From: Candidatus Bathyarchaeota archaeon
GTDB lineage: Archaea; Thermoproteota; Bathyarchaeia; Bathyarchaeales; Bathycorpusculaceae
Direction: 5' to 3'
Length of the DNA stretch: 64,000 nt
Assembly (NCBI GenBank): GCA_963768425.1
Contig: CAVYHV010000008.1
Span: 152,932 to 216,931, forward strand
Shown: in pieces, positions 1 through 9,214 of the stretch
Numbering within the stretch: position 1 is the first letter of the stretch
Layout: each line of letters starts with the position of its first letter
Position numbers and translations under genes: made by a program
Notes under the pieces: model-generated
Told to the model about the DNA's origin: nothing
Databases searched by the model: none
What the model saw: only the letters and a program-made list of their open reading frames with translations

Positions 1-21
1 TTAAGCTCCACATTTTAAGTC

Positions 22-412
22 TCATTCAACGATCCTCGACATCAAAGTGTTACCCGCTACTTTCCCAGTTACCACTGCGCCCAAAGATAACCCGACGTTA
101 GCTAATATGTTCAACGCCACCAAAATAAAGCGGTTGCTATCCATGAGGTTGCTGGTCTCCAACGCAAAGGACGACATGGTTGTGAAAGCCCCGCAGAACC
201 CCGTGGCAACAAACAAAGAATAATTCGAATCCAAGTTCAGAGCAATTGACAAAACTGAGAAAAGTCCAAGTAGTGAAGCTGCCGACAACGTTAACCACTA
301 AAACGTTCACTGGCAACCCGGCGAGGGTTTTGGGTGAAGCAACCATTGCGTAACGGAGAAAAGCGCCGACTATTGCGCCCACCGCTAAGAGTACGAATTC
401 AATCATTTTCAT
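22..412 (-). CDS. crcB: Fluoride efflux channel CrcB/Fluc (one frameshift near 275, probably a sequencing error)
   Basis: ORF 137-412 gives GAIVGAFLRY...VNVVGSF. ORF 22-288 gives TGFCGAFTTMSSFALET, the Fluc signature. Removing one base (TTC A[C]TA CTT GGA) joins them as GSFILGLF. Confidence 0.92.
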
Positions 413-436
413 GTGTGCCTACCTTGGTTTGGTTTT

Positions 437-499
437 GGGTAGGCATTATCAGCATCCAAGGAGCGGTTCTGACCAGAGGTCAAGGCTAATGCCATAGCA
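437..499 (-). promoter_or_regulatory. Fluoride riboswitch (crcB RNA motif)
   Basis: Minus strand reads GCTA TGGCAT TAGC...AACCGC...GCTGATAATGCCTAC. P1 is GCTA/TAGC, the pseudoknot is GGCATT/AATGCC, and the conserved AACCGC and GCTGAT..CCTAC are present. It lies directly 5' of crcB. Confidence 0.88.
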
Positions 500-680
500 C
501 AGGTTTCAGTCAAAAGATTAGCCGGAAATTATTATATTTATTGGATGGAGAAACTGGGGTTTCCCCATATTTTGGTTGAAAAACCAAGCTTTTCTGTCTC
601 AACGCTATACAGCTTCCATTAGACCTGAAAATTAGGCTTTTCCGAAACCTAAAATAAGCTGGCAACAAAACTGTACCCAT

Positions 681-1949
681 TTGAGGTTTAAAGGCGTGTC
701 ATCCATCATCGAAGACCTCATTGCAAGAAAAGTTTTCAACAACCGCGGAGAAGAAACCATCGAGGTTGATGTAATCACCACAGGTGGCTTCGGAAGAGCT
801 GCTGCTCCCGCTGGAAAAAGCCGCGGTAAAGCCGAGGTAGCTTATTACCCGCAGGGCGGAGTCGAAGCAGCCATCAAGAAAGTTGACGACTTAATTGCTC
901 CTGAACTTGCAGGTTTGAACGCTGATTTTCAAGAGGAAATCGACAGCACCCTCCACGAAGTTGACGGCTCAACAGATTTTAAGAACATCGGCGGAAACAC
1001 AGCTTTCGCCATCTCATTGGCCAACGCTGAAGCTGCAGCGAACAGCCACGGACTTTTGCTTTTCCAGTTCTTAGGCGGAAACGCCGCAAATACATTGCCA
1101 TACCCGCTTGGCAACTGCATAAGCGGCGGCCAACATGCAAGAGGCAAAGCACCAGACATCCAAGAATACCTTGCACTTCCGCATGGCGCTGAAACTTTCC
1201 TTGAGGCACAAACCGCTAACACTCTGATTCACAAAAAAATCGGGGATTCGTTGAAGAAGAAAAGCACAACTTTTAACGGCGGCAAAAGCGACGAAGGCGC
1301 CTGGATAGCTAATATTGACACAACAGACGCGTTTGAAGTCATTGCCAAAGCCTGCGAAGAAGTCGGCAACGAACTCGATTTTGAATGCGGCTTCGGCATA
1401 GACGTCGCCGCATCTTCGCTTTGGAAGCCTAAAGAAGAAAAATATGTTTATCCAAGCGAAGGCAAAAAACTTGAAACCGCTGAGCAACTTGAGTTCATGC
1501 TTGAGCTAATCGAGAAGTACCATCTCGCCTACGTTGAAGATCCGTTTAACGAAGAGGATTACGAAAGCTTCGCTGAATTGACCCGCAAAACCAAGAACTG
1601 CTTGATCTGCGGCGATGATTTGTTCACAACTAATACTGAAAGGTTAAATAATGGAATTAAGATAAACGCTGGAAACGCCATCATAATAAAAGTCAACCAG
1701 ATTGGCACGCTAAGTGATGCAACTCAAACAATTGAAACAGCGCAGAGACACGGATACGACCCTGTTGTATCCCACCGTTCAGGCGACACATGCGATTGGC
1801 ACATTGCCCACTTGGCGGTAGCATACAAGTGTCCCCTCATCAAAACAGGGGTCGTGGAAGGCGCACGCATAGCCAAACTCAACGAGCTGATAAGAATCGA
1901 GCATTTCCTTGCGCACCGAGCCAAAATGGCTGATTTAAAAATACGTTAA
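681..1949 (+). CDS. eno: Enolase (probable start GTG 696)
   Basis: Motifs RGEETIEVDV, DEG, DVAAS, EDP, GDDL, IKVNQIG, SHRSG, IKTG. Confidence 0.95.
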   Translation: MRFKGVSSIIEDLIARKVFNNRGEETIEVDVITTGGFGRAAAPAGKSRGKAEVAYYPQGGVEAAIKKVDDLIAPELAGLNADFQEEIDSTLHEVDGSTDFKNIGGNTAFAISLANAEAAANSHGLLLFQFLGGNAANTLPYPLGNCISGGQHARGKAPDIQEYLALPHGAETFLEAQTANTLIHKKIGDSLKKKSTTFNGGKSDEGAWIANIDTTDAFEVIAKACEEVGNELDFECGFGIDVAASSLWKPKEEKYVYPSEGKKLETAEQLEFMLELIEKYHLAYVEDPFNEEDYESFAELTRKTKNCLICGDDLFTTNTERLNNGIKINAGNAIIIKVNQIGTLSDATQTIETAQRHGYDPVVSHRSGDTCDWHIAHLAVAYKCPLIKTGVVEGARIAKLNELIRIEHFLAHRAKMADLKIR

Positions 1950-1965
1950 CAGAGAAAGTGAAAGT

Positions 1966-2766
1966 ATGTCTGAAGACGAAGTAAAAGATAATCTACCCGA
2001 AGAAAACCAAGTGGAAAACTTAGAAGAACCAGTTGAAGAGGAAGCTGCCCCACAAGAACAGCAAGCAGAGGAACCTGTAGCTGAAGAAGCTGCGCCTGTT
2101 GAAGGCGAAGCGGCTCAAGAAGCCCCAACACCAGAAGTTCCACCTGGCGAGGAATTACTTTTGCCACGCGACACATTGCTGTCGGCAGGTATCCACATCG
2201 GCACAAGGATGAAAACCCTGGACATGGAACCATTCATCTACCGAGTTCGCCCAGATGGACTATTCGTGCTTGACGTTAAAAAAACTGATGACCGAATAAG
2301 AGTCACCGCAAAGTTCCTATCACGCTATGATCACGCCAAAATTGCAGTTGCAGCAACCAGACTATATGCGCAGGAACCAATCAAAATGTTCTGCAAACTC
2401 ACAGGCGCAACTCCGTTAATAGGCAGATTTATCCCGGGGCAACTGTCTAACCCACAGTATCCAGGTAGAATCGACCCTGAAGTTATTGTTGTCTCTGACC
2501 CGCGGGCAGACGCACAGGCAGTCAAGGAAGCAGGCAGAGTCGGCATTCCAATCGTCGCATTATGCAGCACCGACAATGAGTTTGCAGGCGTCGACCTTGT
2601 AATCCCAACAAATAACAAAGGAAGAAGAGCATTAGCTGTCATATTCTGGCTGCTTGCAAGGCAATTACTCCGTGAAAGAGGCGAAATCGGTCCAGACAAA
2701 GACCCGCCGGTAACCATCGATGACTTCGAAGCAAAGGTGACACGCGAAGAGGAGGAGGAACCCTAA
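1966..2766 (+). CDS. rps2: 30S ribosomal protein S2 with acidic N-terminal extension
   Basis: AGIHIGT, RPDGLFVLD, GRFIPG, IPTNNKGRRAL. Confidence 0.96.
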   Translation: MSEDEVKDNLPEENQVENLEEPVEEEAAPQEQQAEEPVAEEAAPVEGEAAQEAPTPEVPPGEELLLPRDTLLSAGIHIGTRMKTLDMEPFIYRVRPDGLFVLDVKKTDDRIRVTAKFLSRYDHAKIAVAATRLYAQEPIKMFCKLTGATPLIGRFIPGQLSNPQYPGRIDPEVIVVSDPRADAQAVKEAGRVGIPIVALCSTDNEFAGVDLVIPTNNKGRRALAVIFWLLARQLLRERGEIGPDKDPPVTIDDFEAKVTREEEEEP

Positions 2767-2770
2767 AAGG

Positions 2771-3622
2771 TTGCCGACTATTCGGCGTCCAACCGTCGCA
2801 GGCCAATTTTATGAAGCCGACGCCGAAGAGCTCAGAGCACAAATTAAAAGTTGTTTCCTCCACAAGATAGGTCCACAAGAACTTCCAAAAGTAAACCAGA
2901 ATACTCACCCGCGAAGCATCGTCGGGTTAATTTGCCCCCACGCGGGCTACATGTATTCAGGCCCAGTGGCCGCATCTGCTTTTTACGAGTTAGCGAAAGA
3001 TGGCAAACCAGACACCGTTGTCCTCCTAGGTCCAAACCACACCGGCTACGGTAGCGCATTAAGCATGATGAGGGAGGGCGTTTGGCAAACACCGCTTGGC
3101 AAAGTGGAAATAGATACAGCGTTAGCTGATCAGATAAGACAGGAAACCAGCGTCATAGAAGTCGACGACGTCGCCCACCGCTATGAACACTCGATCGAAG
3201 TGCAACTGCCGTTTCTACAATTTCTTTACGGTGATACATTCAAGATTGTTCCCATCTGTTTTCTGATGCAGGATTACGAATCAGCCGTTGAAGTCGGTGG
3301 CGCGCTTGAAGAAGCTTTGGACACCGCTAACACAGTTGTTATCGCTTCTTCAGACATGACACATTATGAAACCGCAAAAAAGGCTTCTGAAAAGGATCAG
3401 GCAGCGCTCAAAGCGGTTACAGATTTGGATGCGAAACGCTTCTACGATATAGTTGAGGCGCAAAACATCACCGCATGTGGCTATGCACCTATAACGGCTT
3501 TAATCACATATGCAAACGGCGTGTGTGCTAAGGCTAAACTTTTGAACTATCATAATAGCGGCGACATAACAGGCGACCACTCCAGCGTTGTAGGCTACGC
3601 AGCTGTGAGCTTCAGGAAATAA
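2771..3622 (+). CDS. MEMO1 family / AmmeMemoRadiSam protein B
   Basis: RRPTVAGQFY, PHAGYMYSG, GPNHTG, EHSIEVQLPFLQ, ASSDMTHY, VVGYAA. Confidence 0.93.
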   Translation: MPTIRRPTVAGQFYEADAEELRAQIKSCFLHKIGPQELPKVNQNTHPRSIVGLICPHAGYMYSGPVAASAFYELAKDGKPDTVVLLGPNHTGYGSALSMMREGVWQTPLGKVEIDTALADQIRQETSVIEVDDVAHRYEHSIEVQLPFLQFLYGDTFKIVPICFLMQDYESAVEVGGALEEALDTANTVVIASSDMTHYETAKKASEKDQAALKAVTDLDAKRFYDIVEAQNITACGYAPITALITYANGVCAKAKLLNYHNSGDITGDHSSVVGYAAVSFRK

Positions 3623-3640
3623 GCATACGAGTGGTTTTTT

Positions 3641-3730
3641 GGATGATGTTCACCGATGGCAAGGTGGGCAAGCGAGATAGGGGTCTCAGTTACCAAGCGG
3701 TTGTGGCTTCAAGATGTAACAACATCATCT
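3641..3730 (+). ncRNA. Candidate structured RNA (four-way junction), family unknown
   Basis: A 10-bp closing stem (3641-50/3721-30) encloses three hairpins: CACC/GGTG, GAGAT/GTCTC, and GTTAC+AAGC/GCTT+GTAAC. Folded by eye only. Confidence 0.4.
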
Positions 3731-4036
3731 TATATTCTATTTCTGTGTAAAATGATTTGAGCGAGAAAGGAAAAAGCAAGGGATTGCCAACAAACAGTTG
3801 GGCGGTCCGGCTGGTAACAAGGTGATGAGGCGTCTTTGCCCAATCAATTTTTGCTTCTCCCCTGTTAACGCTTGGCTTGACCTCCTAACGCTACTTTTAC
3901 CCCACCAAACTAAACTTGTTGAATAAGTGTTTTGCGAGCAATTTTTAATTTCGGTTTTGTCTTCTGAGCAACCACTTGGTAAAAAAGAATGTTTTTATTA
4001 GAATTGATACAATAGCTCCTTTCATCGGTGACATTA

Positions 4037-4978
4037 ATGGGTAAAGGTTCGGGTTACGGCAAAGTGATTTTGTTGGGTGAACACTTCGTTGTTCATGGTG
4101 CTCCCGGAATCGTCTCCGCGATTGACTCCACAACCGACGCTGAAGTCAAAAAGGCTGTCAAAGGTATCAACATCCGGGACGAACGGAAAACCGCTAAGGG
4201 CTACAGTGAAGAAAAACGTCTCCAACAAATCGAATCAATCGAGAGAATGCTAAAAACCATGGGCATCGACTCCAAAATCGGACTTGACATATGGATTGGC
4301 GGGACTCTTCCAGGCTTTAGTGGGCTAGGCGCTTCAGCGGCAAGCAGCGTCGCCATCGCAAGAGCCATAGCACAGGAACTCGGAATGCTAGTTTCCGACG
4401 AAAAAATTAACCAGGTCGCCTACGAAGCAGAGAAAGCTTACGCTGGTAACCCTTCAGGCATCGACAACACTGCTGCAACTTACGGTGGTTTGATGTGGTT
4501 CAAAAAAGACGTGGCGGGTGGACCAGACAAGATTGAAAAACTGCATGTACGTAGACCAATTGAAATAGTCATCGGCAGCACAGGCAAGGTTGCGAATACC
4601 AAAGCTATGGTGGAAGGCGTTGCTGAACGCAAAAAGAAAAACCCAGCGAAATATGACCCAATTTTTAAGCAAGCTGAAAACCTGGCGGTTGCAGGACGGA
4701 AAGCGCTCGAAGCTTATGACCTTAAAAAAGTCGGTGACCTCATGAATGAAAACCATCGTTTGCTCCAAGAAATTGGCGTATCCAGCAAAGACCTCGACAT
4801 GCTTGTTGATTTGGCACGGAAACAGGGTGCCTTCGGCGCGAAACTCACTGGAGGAGGCGGCGGCGGATGCATGGTTGCGTTAACTCCTGGAAAAGAGTTG
4901 CAGGGCAAAGTTCTAAGCTCCATTAAAAGCTTAGGTTTTGAAGTGCTCAGCACAAAGATCGGCGCTGAAAGGTATTAG
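4037..4978 (+). CDS. mvk: Mevalonate kinase
   Basis: GKVILLGEHFVVHG, SGLGASAA, PSGIDN, GAKLTGGGGGGC (GHMP motifs); mevalonate gene context. Confidence 0.93.
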   Translation: MGKGSGYGKVILLGEHFVVHGAPGIVSAIDSTTDAEVKKAVKGINIRDERKTAKGYSEEKRLQQIESIERMLKTMGIDSKIGLDIWIGGTLPGFSGLGASAASSVAIARAIAQELGMLVSDEKINQVAYEAEKAYAGNPSGIDNTAATYGGLMWFKKDVAGGPDKIEKLHVRRPIEIVIGSTGKVANTKAMVEGVAERKKKNPAKYDPIFKQAENLAVAGRKALEAYDLKKVGDLMNENHRLLQEIGVSSKDLDMLVDLARKQGAFGAKLTGGGGGGCMVALTPGKELQGKVLSSIKSLGFEVLSTKIGAERY

Positions 4979-4983
4979 GGTGG

Positions 4984-6300
4984 ATGGCCAAGTTGGGTTT
5001 AAGAAGTTTCATCGAAGTGCTCGACAAAAACGGCGAATTAACACGAATAACCAAGCCGGTTTCCGCCGAGTACGAGTTAGCAGGCATAATTGAGGCTTTG
5101 CGTGAGAAGCCTGTGTATTTTGAGAAAGTTAAAGAGTCAATGTACCCTGTTGTTGCAGGGCTTGTTTCATCTAAAGAGTTTATCGCGAGGTCGCTTGGTG
5201 TGCAGAAAGACAAGTTACTACCCAAATTATCAGGCGCGATCGAACATCCAGAGCCGCCACAAATCATCAAAAGGGGAGCATGCCAAGAGGTCGTGGAAAC
5301 AGACGTCGACTTATGCAAGCTCCCCATAATGCGTTACACCGAAAAAGACGGCGGAAAATACATCGCGTCAGCTGTAACAATCATCAAAGACCCTCAATTA
5401 GGCAGAAACATGTGTTTCCATCGCCTCATGCTTAAAGACAAGGACCATTTTGTCGCCCGCATCGTTGAAGAACGCGGAACTGACACTGCGCTCAAAAAAT
5501 CTGGCGGCGAACTCGACGTAGCCATCTGCATCGGCAGCTCGACCGCTGTTCTACTTTCTGCTGCAACCTCGATGCCTAAAGGAGTGGATGAATTGGGAAT
5601 GTCGAACGCACTGGAGAAAACCGAACTTGTCAAGTGCAGAACGGTTGATTTGGAAGTGCCAGCGGACTGCGAGTTTGTTCTTGAAGGACGAATCACAAAA
5701 GAGAGGGCTACTGAAGGACCATTCTTGGATTTGACGGGCGTGGTTGACCGGATACGTCAGCAGCCAGTTGTCGAAATCAAATGCGTTACGCACCGCAAGA
5801 ACCCTATTTATCAGACGATTCTCGCTGGCAAAAACGAGCACAAATTTCTCATGGGCATGCCAAAGGAACCGACCATCTACCATGAAGTCAATAAGGTTTG
5901 TCAATGTAAAGACGTCTACATCACGCCTGGCGGATGTAGTTGGCTCCACGCCGTCGTGCAGATTAAGAAGCAGAATGCTGATGACGGCAAAAAAGCAATA
6001 GCAGCCGCTTTCGAAGGCCACAAATCGCTAAAACACGTGGTTGTCGTCGACGAAGACATTAACATTTATGACTCCAACGAGGTGGAGTGGGCGATTGCGA
6101 CAAGGTTCCAAGCTGACAAAAACACAGTTATCTTGTCAAACCAACCTGGGTCATCACTTGACCCGTCAGGCGACTTGAGTGAAGGCAAGAAAGCAACCAC
6201 AGCCAAAGCAGGGTTAGACGCGACCATACCTCTCGTGACAACTGGGAAAGGCTTCAAGAAAGAAGAATATGATAAAGTGGACTTAAAAATGTACATGTGA
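4984..6300 (+). CDS. UbiD-family decarboxylase, probable trans-anhydromevalonate 5-phosphate decarboxylase
   Basis: FHRLM, EGPFLDLTG, VVVDEDINI, VEWAIATRFQ, GSSLDPS; lies between mvk and the aconitase X genes. Confidence 0.85.
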   Translation: MAKLGLRSFIEVLDKNGELTRITKPVSAEYELAGIIEALREKPVYFEKVKESMYPVVAGLVSSKEFIARSLGVQKDKLLPKLSGAIEHPEPPQIIKRGACQEVVETDVDLCKLPIMRYTEKDGGKYIASAVTIIKDPQLGRNMCFHRLMLKDKDHFVARIVEERGTDTALKKSGGELDVAICIGSSTAVLLSAATSMPKGVDELGMSNALEKTELVKCRTVDLEVPADCEFVLEGRITKERATEGPFLDLTGVVDRIRQQPVVEIKCVTHRKNPIYQTILAGKNEHKFLMGMPKEPTIYHEVNKVCQCKDVYITPGGCSWLHAVVQIKKQNADDGKKAIAAAFEGHKSLKHVVVVDEDINIYDSNEVEWAIATRFQADKNTVILSNQPGSSLDPSGDLSEGKKATTAKAGLDATIPLVTTGKGFKKEEYDKVDLKMYM

Positions 6301-7505
6301 TATTCATGCGGTTGACTAAGCAGGAACAGAAAATGCTTGAAGGCGCCGAAGGTTATGCTGTGCGGAAAAGCATGGAAATCCTCGTTGCTTTAGGGGAAAT
6401 TTACGGCGCAGAAAGTCTCATCGAGGTGGGCAGCGTCCAGGTGTCAGGTGTATCATACAACAACCTCGGCGACGCTGGGCTAGAATTTCTCGATGAACTG
6501 GCAAGGGACGGCAAAGTGCGAGTTCTTACAACTCTTAACCCAGCAGGCATGGATCTTGAAAACTGGCGCAATCTTGGCATCAGCGCAGAATTCGCTGAAA
6601 AACAAAACCTCGTCATAAAAGCCTTTGAGAAAATGGGGATACTTGTCAGCTGCACATGCACGCCCTACCTGATAGGTAACCTGCCACTTTTTGGCGAACA
6701 CATAGCGTGGTCAGAAAGCTCAGCAGTCACGTTTGCGAACTCGGTGATTGGCGCAAAGACAAACAAGGAAGGCGGACCTTCTGCTTTGGCAGCGGCGTTC
6801 GTGGGAAAGACGCCTTGTTACGGGCTTCATCTGGATAAGAATCGGGTTCCCGATGTACATGTGCATGTCAGGGCGAATTTGTCGAAGCTTTCTGATTGGG
6901 GCGCACTGGGCTACTCAATAGGAATGATGGCAGAAAACAAAATCCCTTACATAACAGGCATCAAGGCGACGGATTTGGATGAGCTTAAATCGTTCTGTGC
7001 GTCGGTCGTGACCTACGGTGCCAAACCCCTCTTCTACATCAAGGGGATAACACCAGCGTCGGAGCAGCAAACAATCCCGAAAACAACTGTAATCATCGAG
7101 CAGGCAGACATTAAGAACGCATACGACAAAATCAACGACCAAGTAACTGACATAGAACTTGTCTGCGTCGGCTGCCCACACTGCTCAATCAACGAAATCT
7201 CCAAAGTCGCTGAGTTGGTCAAAGGCAAAAGAGTTGCGAAAGACACAGAGTTTTGGGTTGCAACTTCCAGAAGCGCCAAGCAGCTGGCGGACAAACGCGG
7301 GTACACAAGGGTTATTGAGGCGGCAGGGGGCAAATTCGCTTGCGACACATGCATGGCTGTGGCTCCCCTTAAGGGCAGGTTTAAGTCGTTGGCGACAACT
7401 TCAGCGAAAGGCTGTTTCTACTCGAGGCAGAATCTTATGAAAACCAAGATGGGAAGCATCGAAGAATGCGTGCAAGCAGCGGTGACTGGGAAATGGAACA
7501 GTTGA
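6297..7505 (+). CDS. Aconitase X catalytic subunit, probable phosphomevalonate dehydratase large subunit
   Basis: SCTCTPY, AWSESSAV, GCPHCS, DTCMAVAP, TTSAKG. Confidence 0.88.
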   Translation: MIFMRLTKQEQKMLEGAEGYAVRKSMEILVALGEIYGAESLIEVGSVQVSGVSYNNLGDAGLEFLDELARDGKVRVLTTLNPAGMDLENWRNLGISAEFAEKQNLVIKAFEKMGILVSCTCTPYLIGNLPLFGEHIAWSESSAVTFANSVIGAKTNKEGGPSALAAAFVGKTPCYGLHLDKNRVPDVHVHVRANLSKLSDWGALGYSIGMMAENKIPYITGIKATDLDELKSFCASVVTYGAKPLFYIKGITPASEQQTIPKTTVIIEQADIKNAYDKINDQVTDIELVCVGCPHCSINEISKVAELVKGKRVAKDTEFWVATSRSAKQLADKRGYTRVIEAAGGKFACDTCMAVAPLKGRFKSLATTSAKGCFYSRQNLMKTKMGSIEECVQAAVTGKWNS

Positions 7506-7879
7506 AAGGCAGAGTAATCTACAAGGGCAAAGTGCAGGGAGAAGCACTCGTGACCAGCCAATCTATCTCTTTCTATGGCGGAGTCGACCCAACAACAGGC
7601 ACAATCATCGAGAAAGGGCATGAGCTGCAAGGGCAAAGTGTCAAAGGCAAAATCCTCGTGTTTCCAACTGGCAAAGGCTCAACTGTTGGCTCATACACCC
7701 TTTACCGAATGAAAAAGAACGGCGCCGCACCTTCAGGCATGATCAACAAAGAATGCGAAACAGTGGTTGCGGTCGGGGTCATCATCAGCGAAATCCCTTG
7801 TGTCGACAAAATTGACGTATCTAAAATCAAAACAGGCGACAAAATCCTAATAGAAAACGATATCATAAGCGTGTCATAG
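7493..7879 (+). CDS. Aconitase X swivel subunit (DUF126), probable phosphomevalonate dehydratase small subunit
   Basis: ISFYGGVDP, GKILVFPTGKGSTVGSY; overlaps the large-subunit stop. Confidence 0.88.
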   Translation: MEQLKGRVIYKGKVQGEALVTSQSISFYGGVDPTTGTIIEKGHELQGQSVKGKILVFPTGKGSTVGSYTLYRMKKNGAAPSGMINKECETVVAVGVIISEIPCVDKIDVSKIKTGDKILIENDIISVS

Positions 7880-7970
7880 AAACCTGCCCATATTTGGAGG
7901 CATTAACCCATTTTTGCGCAAGAATCATTTTCTTAAAAAAAGAGAAATCAAAGTGCGGTTTACTTTTTGT

Positions 7971-8642
7971 TCAGCTTTCCTTTTTTATTTGCCGCAAATG
8001 CAAGACAAAGTATGCAGATACGATCCCAATCCAAAGAAGAACCGATCCAAGGAAGAGCCGTTCAGTAAGCCCACCTACTCGAGAATTTAGGTGAGGAAAC
8101 AGGAAAGGTAATCCAAACTCAATAACCCAAAGAACTATAACGATTATTGATAGTGGCATCGCGAGACGGTTTAGGTTTTGAAACTCCCGATTTCGCCCTA
8201 GTTTCTGCGAGATTGCAACTGTTCCGAATGCTCCACCGATGAAGGCGATGATGGCAACTACAAGGTGAATCCCACCATGCCACGATACAGGCGTTGCTGG
8301 AACGTCAGTTGGGAACGCTGCTAACAAAACCGCTCCGACTGCCCACACACTAAACAGATACGTCCCAGTTCGAAATTGAGATCGAGTTACCCCGACCAAA
8401 TCCAAGGTTCGAAGGAAAGCATAAATGAACAGGAGCGAAAGTACGGCGCGGTTGAGGAAATTTAGCGTCATGATGAACCCGAACTTGCCTACTGCGAGGG
8501 CGCTTTCAGCCTGACTGATTGGACTGTAATGCGGCGGCAAAACCTGGGCAACCGCATCGAGAACTACATAAAGGACAAGCCCAAAGATGACTGCCCAAAA
8601 AAACTTTGCAGAACCCGATTTCTCAATTTGGTTCATAATCAA
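7971..8642 (-). CDS. DUF998-like multi-pass membrane protein
   Basis: YSPISQAESALA, FPTD, HGGIH..A, GLTER; about 5-6 TM segments. Confidence 0.75.
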   Translation of the reverse strand: MIMNQIEKSGSAKFFWAVIFGLVLYVVLDAVAQVLPPHYSPISQAESALAVGKFGFIMTLNFLNRAVLSLLFIYAFLRTLDLVGVTRSQFRTGTYLFSVWAVGAVLLAAFPTDVPATPVSWHGGIHLVVAIIAFIGGAFGTVAISQKLGRNREFQNLNRLAMPLSIIVIVLWVIEFGLPFLFPHLNSRVGGLTERLFLGSVLLWIGIVSAYFVLHLRQIKKES

Positions 8643-8752
8643 CCCTTAATCAAAAAAGCAGTTAAACTTATTGCTCGCCTTTTTGGAGACGGTCATGTAG
8701 CCGTTATTAGTGGATCTGTTGCCCTTTCTAAGAAACAGGTGTCTTCAAGGTT

Positions 8753-9214
8753 TTAATCTATGGGTTTTGTCCATCCACCATTGCTGAACCTTGCTAGGCA
8801 GCCGAAGGGGAACGACAGCAACAGGTCGATTATGGCTATCGTTGGCGTAAACTGCAACTTGAAAGTTACCTGCAAGACAAGGTTGAGGGTTGAGAACGCA
8901 AGTAAAAGGAAGATACCATTAAGCCAGAAGCCTACTTGCCAGCCTCGGGTTTTATGGAGGCTGTTGATCAAGGCTATGTTTACGGCTCCAAGTATGATCG
9001 GCTGTGCAAAATAGGTTATAGCTAGGAGAAACGCGAAGCCCAGGGGAGGCATATAACTCATGAAAGAGTCTTGCGCACTGTAGAACCATGCTTGAATAAC
9101 GATTAAAATAATGACGGTAATTAGACCTTGAAGGAACAGTTTTTCAGCTAGCCTCAGGTCTCTGAGGTGGTTAAGCACTTTGTTTTCACTTTGCGTTTTT
9201 TGCAATCCAGTCAC
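8753..9214 (-). CDS. Hypothetical 4-TM membrane protein
   Basis: Hydrophobic ORF overlapping the end of the upstream hydrolase gene. Confidence 0.65.
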   Translation of the reverse strand: MTGLQKTQSENKVLNHLRDLRLAEKLFLQGLITVIILIVIQAWFYSAQDSFMSYMPPLGFAFLLAITYFAQPIILGAVNIALINSLHKTRGWQVGFWLNGIFLLLAFSTLNLVLQVTFKLQFTPTIAIIDLLLSFPFGCLARFSNGGWTKPID

